Below, in pieces: positions 52,655 through 61,552 of a DNA stretch of 64,000 bases. The notes under the pieces were generated by a model. That model saw only the letters and a program-made list of their open reading frames with translations. It was not told the DNA's origin and did not search any database. Where the stretch lies: the NCBI RefSeq assembly GCF_041248615.1, contig NZ_CP158426.1; one strand, given 5' to 3'. Numbering within the stretch: the stretch's first letter is position 1; each line of letters starts with the position of its first letter. The position numbers and the translations under genes were made by a program. The stretch comes from Escherichia coli (GTDB taxonomy: Bacteria; Pseudomonadota; Gammaproteobacteria; Enterobacterales; Enterobacteriaceae).

Positions 52655-53986
52655 ATGCACCTAATGTACAAAAAGAGCGTAAACATGAGGTACAAAACTC
52701 TTCCATACACGTTTCAAAGAAACGGTAATTACTATCTACAGATTCGGCTTTCGAATGGTCGGATGTATAAAAAATCACTTCTCACTGACAGCTATCGTGA
52801 AGTCTCTGCTTTGATGATTGGTGTTGCTCCGTACATTCCTTTTGTTAAATCATTAGCCATCACAATCCCGATGTTTGATGCCTTTGTTTCAAACCTGATT
52901 ATGTCAAAACTTAGGGCTGTAAAAGTTCCGCTGCTATCACATCAGTCGGTAATTACCCCTGCTACATTCGAGGAACCAGCGACACAAGCCGAACCGCAAA
53001 ACATGCTAACTCTTTCTGATGCGTGGGCTATGTATAAAGCGGAAAAGGGTAAAACATGGACAAAGTCGATCTCAAGGGCGAATGAGCGTTACATGGAAGT
53101 CTTGATGGTTGTCTTGGGAGAGACAACTGACGTAGTTGCGATTTCTAAGCAGGACATCAAGCAGGTGATGGAAGTTGTTGAGAATTTGCCTAAGCGTGTT
53201 GTCCAACCGTATCGCTCAATGAACATCCAGCAACTGATTGAATGTGATGATGTATCACCGAATGAGTTAGTAGGAGTGGAAGCCATTCATAAGCATCTCA
53301 AAATCTACAAATCGCTTTTCAAGACTTTTCTAACAGAAAACAAAGATATTTTGATTAAATCCCCAACTGATGGGGTAGTAGCAGCACCATCTAAAGCAAG
53401 GTTTGGAGCATACAGTTCGGCGGAGATGAAGAAGTTTGTAGAGTGGGCACTTAAGCAGCCAGATGGCTGGCAGAAGTGGATAACATTGTTGTTGGCATAC
53501 ACAGGAGCCAGAAGGGGAGAAATTGCCAAACTGGAAAAATCACAAATAAAATATGATGAGGATAGCCATCGGTATTATTTCCTGATTGCAGAAGGAGGGC
53601 AGGGGAAAACCGAAAATGCTACCCGACAAGTAGTGATACACCCTAAGTTGATCGAATGGGGTTTCATGGAATACGTTGATCGCCAGTGGAAAGAACGGAT
53701 TTTTTCAGAAGTGGCTGGTACAAACATGACGAAGATCGGTAAAGAATTTGCTGATGTGCGTGACCAGCTTGACATTCCGTACTTAGACGATTTTGGACAG
53801 CGGAGGCTTTTGCATAGCATTCGTCATTCTGTTTGCTCTACTGCGATGGCTGGATGGGTAAAGAACATCTTGCATCTGCAACAAACAGTAGGCCATGAGA
53901 AAAGTGGAGGGATCACTAAACGCTACTTACATACGTTCCCACTATCATCAATTTGTTATGTTATTGATGGGATTAGTTGGGTCTGA
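52655..53986 (+). CDS. tyrosine-type site-specific integrase (island integrase)
   Basis: C-terminal catalytic box LHSIRHS...GH...Y (R-H-R-Y tyrosine recombinase motif); true start may be the Met at 52685. Confidence 0.75.
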   Translation: MHLMYKKSVNMRYKTLPYTFQRNGNYYLQIRLSNGRMYKKSLLTDSYREVSALMIGVAPYIPFVKSLAITIPMFDAFVSNLIMSKLRAVKVPLLSHQSVITPATFEEPATQAEPQNMLTLSDAWAMYKAEKGKTWTKSISRANERYMEVLMVVLGETTDVVAISKQDIKQVMEVVENLPKRVVQPYRSMNIQQLIECDDVSPNELVGVEAIHKHLKIYKSLFKTFLTENKDILIKSPTDGVVAAPSKARFGAYSSAEMKKFVEWALKQPDGWQKWITLLLAYTGARRGEIAKLEKSQIKYDEDSHRYYFLIAEGGQGKTENATRQVVIHPKLIEWGFMEYVDRQWKERIFSEVAGTNMTKIGKEFADVRDQLDIPYLDDFGQRRLLHSIRHSVCSTAMAGWVKNILHLQQTVGHEKSGGITKRYLHTFPLSSICYVIDGISWV

Positions 53987-54203
53987 AACTGCTAAGAATG
54001 ATAGGAAAAGCTACTTAATGATCCTTAGTTTTGGATGAAATTGAAGATTACAAAGATCTTGAGCGAATAAGAGCGTTTTTTAATCAAAAAAGCCATAAAA
54101 ACTTTTCTTGACTGTATATTAACACAGTGCTTCTACTATGTAGAAGAAATCGACATGAAAAATTTGATATGGTAAATTTTATCCATGATAACAAAAAGGT
54201 ATT

Positions 54204-55106
54204 GTGGATATGTTACTACCAATACGAGTTCATAAACGATTTCTAACTTTATTTAAGACTTTGCAAATTGACGATTGCCCACCGCAATCAACTTTAAATA
54301 TTCATGTACTTAATATCGAAAGCAATGAATTTATATACTGTAAATTAGTTGAAGAATTACGTGACATAATAATTACTTATGTACATTCGAATAGAAGGCT
54401 TGAGGAGTTTAAGGAAAGTTATCCTTCGTATAGCCCTAAACCTTTTTTCGAAGCAATACAAAAATTTCGCAATTATACGTCAAACGAAGGTGAGTTAGGT
54501 GAACTGCTTTTATACGCTTTTCTTGAAACAGGACTAAATGCTCCGAAATTACTTTCCAAAATGCAATTGAAAACAGATTCTAATGATTACATTAAGGGTT
54601 CTGATGGTGTACATCTGTTAGAATTAGATGATGGTTATCAATTAATATTTGGAGAATCAAAGCTCTATGCCGATCTTTTAGAAGGTGCTCGAGAAGCGTT
54701 TGATTCTATTTTAGATTTTAAAAGTAATGGAATGGCATTTGAAAGAGGGCTGATAGATACACACGTTATAAATGAAATGGTTTCAGAAGAAGGTTATGAG
54801 AAAATAAAATCAATTCTTCTTCCTTCTTCTGGCGATGATGGGCCAGATCTTGATTTATCCTTTGGTATATTTCTTGGTTTTGAATTGAAAATAGATAGCT
54901 CACAGTTATCATTGAAAAACAAAGAGTTTAGAGATTGGGTTAATGAGTCCGTGAAACAACATGCTACTCGCGTGGTCAGTACGATACGAAGGAAAATTAT
55001 TAATCATAAATTATATGGTCACGAATTCCACATATATATAGTTCCTTTTACCGATATTGATGTTACACGAAAAAAATTAATTCATGAAATGCTAACAATT
55101 AAGTGA
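54204..55106 (+). CDS. PD-(D/E)xK-like putative nuclease, HamA-like (Hachiman-type effector candidate)
   Basis: 300 aa; motif ELDDGYQLIFGESK (D...ExK); stop overlaps the start of the downstream helicase gene by 4 nt; low GC, island context. Confidence 0.5.
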   Translation: MDMLLPIRVHKRFLTLFKTLQIDDCPPQSTLNIHVLNIESNEFIYCKLVEELRDIIITYVHSNRRLEEFKESYPSYSPKPFFEAIQKFRNYTSNEGELGELLLYAFLETGLNAPKLLSKMQLKTDSNDYIKGSDGVHLLELDDGYQLIFGESKLYADLLEGAREAFDSILDFKSNGMAFERGLIDTHVINEMVSEEGYEKIKSILLPSSGDDGPDLDLSFGIFLGFELKIDSSQLSLKNKEFRDWVNESVKQHATRVVSTIRRKIINHKLYGHEFHIYIVPFTDIDVTRKKLIHEMLTIK

Positions 55107-57691
55107 ACACTATGAATGAATTAAATTCAAGTAAAAACATTCATTTGGCAGCTCGTCTTGCAGATGATGCTTTTGAAAGTGCTTATTTTAAAGAAATCAA
55201 TAAGTTTATAAGTGGTTTATACAATTACAGTTTATTTAACTGCGATTCAGATGTTAGTCTCTCCGAGAGTGATAACAATAAAATAGCACACGCTTTGCGT
55301 TTTGCAGATATATTTTCACATTCTTCAAAAGAAAATCATAGATCATGTGCATTTGAAATTATAAGTAGAATAGCCTTATTAAAAAAACATGATCCTTATT
55401 TTAAATTTATAGGTACTGCTGTTATTAATCGGCTTGGGGTTTATGCAGCAGAAAAACTCATATCAAAAGGGGTAAAATTACCCTTAGATAGAGAAGTTGA
55501 TTCTATTATTAAAAAATCAGTTCAGAAAACAGATGAAGATGGAGTATATTTCACTGATAAACAACATGAGTTATACAAACTTTTAAAAAGTAGCAAAACA
55601 ATTAGTTTTGCTGGTCCCACTTCGATGGGAAAGTCATTTGTTATTAATGCATACATTAAGGAAATAACTCTTAAAAAAGAGCTTAAAAATATAGCTTTAA
55701 TTGTTCCTACACGGGCTTTAATAAGCCAAAATGCACTTAAGTTAAAAATTGATATTGCATTGTATAAGAATGAAAGCCCTTATAAAGTTGTTACGACATC
55801 CTACATTATTAATGGTGATGAAAGTAAAAATAAAGGCTATATTTTTATTCTCACCCCAGAAAGGCTGGTTAGTCTCATAAGCACTATTCCTGGACTAATG
55901 ATTGATTATGTTTTTGTAGATGAAGCTCAAAAGTTAACAACAAAAAATGATTCGAGGAGTCTTGTTACTTATTCAGCTATAGAGCAAACAATTAGTAAAA
56001 ATCCTGAGGCAAGATTATTCTTCTCTTCACCTAATTTATCTAATCCTGAAATATTTAATATTTTGTTTGATAGAAAAGACGCTTCGGTATATAGAAATAC
56101 AGAAGGTGCAACTACTCAGAATATGTATTTTATTGATCTTTTAAATAGCAGCTTTAGCTATGTTAATACCGAGAAAAGGACGCTTGAAAAAATAGATGAG
56201 ATCTCTAATACTTACACGAATACAAATGATGTTATCTATAAATTAAATAATGGTAAAAGTAAAATAATTTATTGTGGGGGGATAGAAAGCACGCTTGAGA
56301 GAACACGTAGCTTTATCAATTATCTCAAAATTAATAAGAAAAAAAGAAAGCATTTAAATTTAGAAATATCTTCTGAGATAAGAAACTTTGTTCATGATAA
56401 CTATGAACTTGCAGAAGCCATCAACTATGGTGTTGCTTTCCACTTTGGAAACTTGCCTCAATCGATTCGAGATTTAATTGAGCATCATTTCAAAATAGGA
56501 AATATTGACTATCTATTCTGTACATCAACCCTACTTGAGGGAGTCAATTTACCTGCAAGATCCGTATTTATTCTTACGCATAAAAAAGGCCCCAGTCCAT
56601 TAGAGTCGGTTGATTTTTGGAATCTGGCTGGGAGAGCTGGGCGATTATCTATGGAATTGTCAGGGGATATTTTTTGTATTAGGGATGATAATAAGCTTTG
56701 GAATAAAAAAGCTGTTGATAATATCCTTCTGTCTGACAAAAATAACATTTCATTAAAGCCAAGCTTCTATATTGAAGACGAAAAAAGATTGAACGATTTA
56801 CACCATATAATTACGACTGGTAAAACAGGGAATATTAAAAATGCTGAGTTCCTTAGAACTTTAGGAGATATGATAAGAATAGACACTCTGAGGGATTCTA
56901 AAGAACTTCCTCTTATTAGTTATTTCCAAAGCAGTGGAAAATCAGAAATTTTGTTAAGTGCAGAAAAAAGCACTGAAAATATTACCATGCCAATGAATAT
57001 CCTTTTGGCAAATAGTCATATTGCGATTGATTCGCAGTATCATGCTTTTAAAAAAATAAAAAGCCTTACAGTTAAGGAACTGAAATTATCATGGCAGCCT
57101 ACATACGAAGAAATTAAAGAAAAATTGAATTTGATATTCGATATTTACCAAGTTGAAAAGTTTGCAACAGGTAGAGAACGTCTTTATTTAAATTCAATTC
57201 CATATTATGCAGTATTACTGTTTCAATGGATTCGTGGAAATAGTCTACAGGAAATTATCTCGGGGGCAATTGCTTATAGAAAGAACAAAAGTATATATAT
57301 TAAAAATACACCTGTTCTTTTTGACAGCGAAAACCCAGCTCATTTAACTGCATTAGTTAATGAAACTATAAAAGACATTGAGTTGCGTGTAGGTTACCAG
57401 TTACAAAATTATTTTTCACATTACTGTCAGCTTCTGAATTATGTGTTACAAGGAAATCCAGGGGCAAACTGGTCTCAGTTCATTGAGTTTGGCTCTAATG
57501 AGCCAATAGTATGGCACCTACAAATGATGGGCTTTTCAAGGGATAGTGCAGTTTTTCTCAAGAAGAATTTTTCAAAACATCTTAAACTTGATAATGAAAT
57601 GAATAAACTCATCATAATGGATAAGGAACTGATCAAGCGTTCTTTCAAAAAAGATGGACTACATTACTTAGAAATCCAATCGTTATTATAA
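55103..57691 (+). CDS. SF2 helicase, HamB-like (Hachiman-type helicase candidate)
   Basis: 862 aa; Walker A AGPTSMGKS, Walker B FVDEAQK, SSP motif, motif V TSTLLEGVNLP and motif VI AGRAGR. Confidence 0.55.
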   Translation: MNTMNELNSSKNIHLAARLADDAFESAYFKEINKFISGLYNYSLFNCDSDVSLSESDNNKIAHALRFADIFSHSSKENHRSCAFEIISRIALLKKHDPYFKFIGTAVINRLGVYAAEKLISKGVKLPLDREVDSIIKKSVQKTDEDGVYFTDKQHELYKLLKSSKTISFAGPTSMGKSFVINAYIKEITLKKELKNIALIVPTRALISQNALKLKIDIALYKNESPYKVVTTSYIINGDESKNKGYIFILTPERLVSLISTIPGLMIDYVFVDEAQKLTTKNDSRSLVTYSAIEQTISKNPEARLFFSSPNLSNPEIFNILFDRKDASVYRNTEGATTQNMYFIDLLNSSFSYVNTEKRTLEKIDEISNTYTNTNDVIYKLNNGKSKIIYCGGIESTLERTRSFINYLKINKKKRKHLNLEISSEIRNFVHDNYELAEAINYGVAFHFGNLPQSIRDLIEHHFKIGNIDYLFCTSTLLEGVNLPARSVFILTHKKGPSPLESVDFWNLAGRAGRLSMELSGDIFCIRDDNKLWNKKAVDNILLSDKNNISLKPSFYIEDEKRLNDLHHIITTGKTGNIKNAEFLRTLGDMIRIDTLRDSKELPLISYFQSSGKSEILLSAEKSTENITMPMNILLANSHIAIDSQYHAFKKIKSLTVKELKLSWQPTYEEIKEKLNLIFDIYQVEKFATGRERLYLNSIPYYAVLLFQWIRGNSLQEIISGAIAYRKNKSIYIKNTPVLFDSENPAHLTALVNETIKDIELRVGYQLQNYFSHYCQLLNYVLQGNPGANWSQFIEFGSNEPIVWHLQMMGFSRDSAVFLKKNFSKHLKLDNEMNKLIIMDKELIKRSFKKDGLHYLEIQSLL

Positions 57692-57697
57692 AACTGC

Positions 57698-57727
57698 CGA
57701 ATCAGAGTCTTTTATTGATTCTGATTC
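57698..57727 (+). terminator. hairpin downstream of the helicase gene (no clear U-tract)
   Basis: CGAATCAGA-(loop)-TCTGATTCG. Confidence 0.35.
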
Positions 57728-57999
57728 GCACTTATATAGTTAAATCAAAAGGAGCATTAAAATTTTTCAGTAGCGATTTAGTATGCTAAATCGCTGCATA
57801 ACGAATCTGCTTCTAAATCTTGATTAAGTGTTTCGAACTGCCTTGATTGTTTATTGCTACACTTTATAATTAATCGCAACACACAAAACAATACAATGTA
57901 GGCAGTTGCACAGAATTAATTACAGGCACATTATGGATATCGAGAGGATTCGAACAGTTTTAAACTGCAAGCCCTTTGACTTTATCCCCTCCTACTATA

Positions 58000-58575
58000 T
58001 CAGCGTTTGATGCCGCTAATACTGGCAAGCATTTCTTTCTTCACACGAAAAACTGTAGCCCTGCCGCAATCACATAACTTTGCTATCTCGTCTGGTGTAT
58101 TCTTCCCGGCCTGTAACATATCGATAATCTTGTTATGTAGCTCTTTGTTCTTTTGCTTGCCCTTGTACTTCTTAGCCTCTTTAGCAAGAGCAATCCCCTC
58201 ATTGCGACGAGATGCGATCATACCCCGCTCAAATTCTGCAGCGGCTCCCATCATGGTTAGGATAAGGCGTGATTGTGGGGAATTATCAAAACTCATAGAG
58301 TTTGCAAGGAATTGAACAGTGATTCCACGAGCCACGAGGTTATCAATCATTTCCAGCAAATCGCGGGTATTACGTGCAAGGCGATCAATCGAGTGAGTAA
58401 CGAGCGTGTCACCTTCGCGGAGGTGTGAAAGCAGGTTCAACAATTCAGGTCTTTCGCTGGTGGACTTACCTGATTCTTTCTCTGCCACAATTTTGTCACA
58501 AACAGGTTCCAGCACTGCCAACTGACGCTCAAGATTTTGATCCTTTGTTGAGACTCTCGCGTAACCAAAAATCAT
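58000..58575 (-). CDS. serine recombinase (resolvase/invertase family)
   Basis: N-terminal catalytic domain MIFGYARVSTKDQ with catalytic Ser, C-terminal HTH; 191 aa. Confidence 0.85.
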   Translation of the reverse strand: MIFGYARVSTKDQNLERQLAVLEPVCDKIVAEKESGKSTSERPELLNLLSHLREGDTLVTHSIDRLARNTRDLLEMIDNLVARGITVQFLANSMSFDNSPQSRLILTMMGAAAEFERGMIASRRNEGIALAKEAKKYKGKQKNKELHNKIIDMLQAGKNTPDEIAKLCDCGRATVFRVKKEMLASISGIKR

Positions 58576-58589
58576 TTTCCTGCCCTCAC

Positions 58590-58665
58590 TTACGTGAAAA
58601 GTATCATTTGAATTTACTTAATGATACAGTATCATTTAAATGCATTCAACATCTAAATGATACTA
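58590..58665. promoter_or_regulatory. res-like recombinase binding site (imperfect inverted repeats) upstream of the serine recombinase gene
   Basis: repeated TATCATTT(A/G)AAT half-sites in inverted orientation (GTATCATTTGAAT...ATGATACA; TATCATTTAAATG...ATCTAAATGATAC). Confidence 0.5.
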
Positions 58666-59125
58666 AACGAGACGAGAAAAGCGAGTATCGTTAGGGAGTA
58701 CCCAAAAGAGATTTTTGATCGTGCGTTTTTTAGTCAATGTAGGGTTAGTGAAAAGTTCAGTACCGAGATCTGAGTTCACGGCATTTTGTCGACGGGGTTG
58801 AACCTGATTAGGCGAACGAGATTTTAAATCAGGCGGAATAAAACAAGTTGTACTTTTATCTGAGTAAAAGATCCCTTTAACTTTTTAGTCAGAAATCGTG
58901 ATACTAGGGGTTTGGTTATTTTGTGTCCTTAAGGCCAGTACTTTTAGCGAGGACGAAAAAACGGCCTACATGAGAACGCTTACAGTAACTTAAGTATATT
59001 ATCCAAAAAGTCACTTAACTTAAATCAATTTGGATGCAAAATCGCCACACTTTGCAAGTGAACACATACCGGGCAACAAGCAAATAAAAAAGGCCACTTT
59101 CGCGACCTTGTACCAGTACAAACAC

Positions 59126-59485
59126 TCATTCAGAACGATCAAGTACCATATATGCTGGCTGACACATGCTGCCCCGCTCCTGTAGCCAGTAGTAATCAAG
59201 ATCGGCAACACGCACGTCCAATCCAGAATCTACACGGTTGATCTGTAACCGTAGCCCTACAGTATCCTTGTACGATAAACCAGATTTAACATTGTATTTG
59301 TACTTAACACCGTTTTCCTGTTCAAACTGTTTAAGGAAAGGCGTCATTTGTTTCTGAATTTCTTTCAAACAAATAACCTCATTATCAATAGCAAAGGGGG
59401 GTTCTGTTTTTCCATCAGGTACAGCAGCCTGTAAATGAAAGGAAGTACTCAACAATAACAGCATTGCAACAGAAGTCTTTTTCAT
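59126..59485 (-). CDS. small secreted protein of unknown function
   Basis: 119 aa; cleavable signal peptide MKKTSVAMLLLLSTSFHLQA; 43 nt downstream of the membrane protein gene. Confidence 0.6.
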   Translation of the reverse strand: MKKTSVAMLLLLSTSFHLQAAVPDGKTEPPFAIDNEVICLKEIQKQMTPFLKQFEQENGVKYKYNVKSGLSYKDTVGLRLQINRVDSGLDVRVADLDYYWLQERGSMCQPAYMVLDRSE

Positions 59486-59528
59486 TTTAATTCCTTATTA
59501 AAGAACAGTACATTATATTTCAATGGAC

Positions 59529-60569
59529 TTAATAACAATATTTTATATTTCCTTCGGGTTTTCTCATGCATTTAATTCCTTCAGGAATATAATCAGTTAC
59601 GGGAGCAGGTCTGGCATCAGGTCTTGAAAGACGATTGGATATAGAAGACAACAGACTGAAAACACACTCATTAAATGATTTTTGATATTTATTTTTTTCA
59701 TAAAAGTACTGCATGGTGATTTTATCTCTTTCGTATTGCAATTCTTTGCCAAGCTGAATCCTATCCATATCAATTCCATTTCTCATAGCATTAAATCTTT
59801 CGTTCAATAAATTAAATTGAGATTTATTCCATTCATTTAAAGGAAATAAAGAATTGTTAAGCCTTTGCCTACAATTAGATTGCTCGATAGCTGACATGTA
59901 TTCTTTCATACTAACGCCAATATCTAAGTATGTGAGTTGTCCAGCAGTTCTATCAACTGAGTTATTAGGGTAAGATTTAATTTCAGTAAGTATTGACTCT
60001 GTTAATACTGCATTTTCTTCTAAATCTTTGCTAATAGTTATTTGAGCTTGTTCTCTTTTATCCTTATCAAATATTGAAATGTATTTCTTTACTATATCCT
60101 GATTAGCTTTCTCGGCTGCTACTAACGCATCTTGAACCTTCTTTTCCGCCGCTTTAACTCGTTGTTCTTCTACAAATTTCGCGTAGTCATCAGTATTTGT
60201 AATGTGATTTTCACGAGCGATAGAAAACTCTTTACTATCTTTAAAACCAAGTTTTTGTGCTCTGGCTCCATCGCTTGAAGATCGGGCAGAACTTGCCACG
60301 AAAGCGAGCACAATGATCAGTACAGGAACCGTATAATTATTAACGAGTTTATAGGGTAAGAACTTCGCTTTAAGCGTACCATAACCCAAAACAGCCCAGC
60401 CTATCGCGGCAGTACTTGCCAGTAGCTGGCACAATCCAGCGACGGAAAGCATGATTACCGACCAGAAGCCTGTACCGACTGCGAAAAGATCACCAAATTT
60501 CTCCATTGACGCAAGGAATAAAAACACTCCCCAAATGCCATAAAATCCTATTTTCAAATATTTACTCAC
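59529..60569 (-). CDS. 3-TM membrane protein with large charged coiled-coil-like C-terminal domain, unknown function
   Basis: 346 aa; three N-terminal hydrophobic helices followed by a K/E/Q-rich soluble domain. Confidence 0.6.
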   Translation of the reverse strand: MSKYLKIGFYGIWGVFLFLASMEKFGDLFAVGTGFWSVIMLSVAGLCQLLASTAAIGWAVLGYGTLKAKFLPYKLVNNYTVPVLIIVLAFVASSARSSSDGARAQKLGFKDSKEFSIARENHITNTDDYAKFVEEQRVKAAEKKVQDALVAAEKANQDIVKKYISIFDKDKREQAQITISKDLEENAVLTESILTEIKSYPNNSVDRTAGQLTYLDIGVSMKEYMSAIEQSNCRQRLNNSLFPLNEWNKSQFNLLNERFNAMRNGIDMDRIQLGKELQYERDKITMQYFYEKNKYQKSFNECVFSLLSSISNRLSRPDARPAPVTDYIPEGIKCMRKPEGNIKYCY

Positions 60570-60779
60570 CGCAATTATCCTTTAATAATTTTCCAAATCG
60601 ATGGTTCGTTCTATTTGTATTATCGACAATAATTCGTTTGCCTTTAGGTAGATCCCTTAAAAAGGAATCCCCCCAAAATTTATAGATTAGCAGTTGTACC
60701 ACTCTCACTGTTTTGTCACTCCCATTATCTTCTCTCAGGTCAAAAGTACGGACTTAAAGCCGTCCGTGTTCAGGTGCTC

Positions 60780-60900
60780 AAGAGTAGCACGCATATCAAT
60801 AAATGATCGATAAAAACGATCAATTAATGGCTTATTGATCGCTATAACCTATCAATGACTATTAATTCAATACAAATCAATAGGTAAAATCGATCAAGAG
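60780..60900. repeat. AT-rich cluster of ATCAAT/ATTGAT repeats with GATC sites (iteron/origin-like or protein-binding array)
   Basis: five ATCAAT/ATTGAT copies and four GATC sites within about 120 bp, in an ORF-free region. Confidence 0.45.
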
Positions 60901-61552
60901 GATTCGTCATCCATGAAAGGGGTTATGTATCTGATTTCAATACAGGGAGTATTAGCGATACCATCACGCAAACGCTCTTAAAGCGTAGCTACGGCGTTTT
61001 GTAGGGTTTTTGGTCATTCATGTGTGTCAGTAATGAACATCGCATTCAGGGGCTTCCTGTGCGTTTTGTCCGAAACACCATCATGAAGGGGGACAGATCG
61101 GATCGGGGTCGCTTCGCTCTGGTCAGTACTGGATAGTTCTTTTCCAGTAACTGAAACCGCAGATACCCCACTAAGTACACAAAGGAATTATTTGTAGAAT
61201 AAGTAATGAAATAACAGTCAGTTATGTACTTACTGACAGAACTAAAAACGCGATTAGGTTCGCTCTGTCAGTGACCGAAGGGAACGCAACAGTAGAATCT
61301 AATCCAGCGAACAGTACACGCAAGCGGGTGCTGTTTAATTGTTTTATCTATGTAAACAATGGGATAGCTATCAAGTACTCACTGCGTGAGCACTCTCACT
61401 AACTACCCGAAACAGTTCGCTTGCTTCGCCGCTCCTACTTTCAGGTAGTTAATTCGCTTTCGCTCGTTGTGATGTCCGAAATTTATTACCTATAGTATTA
61501 TAAGGTATTATTTTCCGGACATTTATGTATTTTTATGATGGTGTTCTGGACA

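Noticed and set aside
52655-52684. First 10 codons of the integrase ORF (MHLMYKKSVN)
   Set aside because: Probably a 5' extension; the Met at 52685 is the more likely start, but this cannot be resolved without a ribosome-binding-site model, so the longer ORF is kept in the feature with a note.
57940-57960. Complete tRNA gene
   Set aside because: Only a T-loop-like motif; the flanking sequence cannot form acceptor, D and anticodon stems.
60570-61552. Retron msr/msd non-coding RNA
   Set aside because: Hairpin-rich and ORF-free, but there is no reverse transcriptase gene anywhere in the island and no recognizable a1/a2 repeat architecture.
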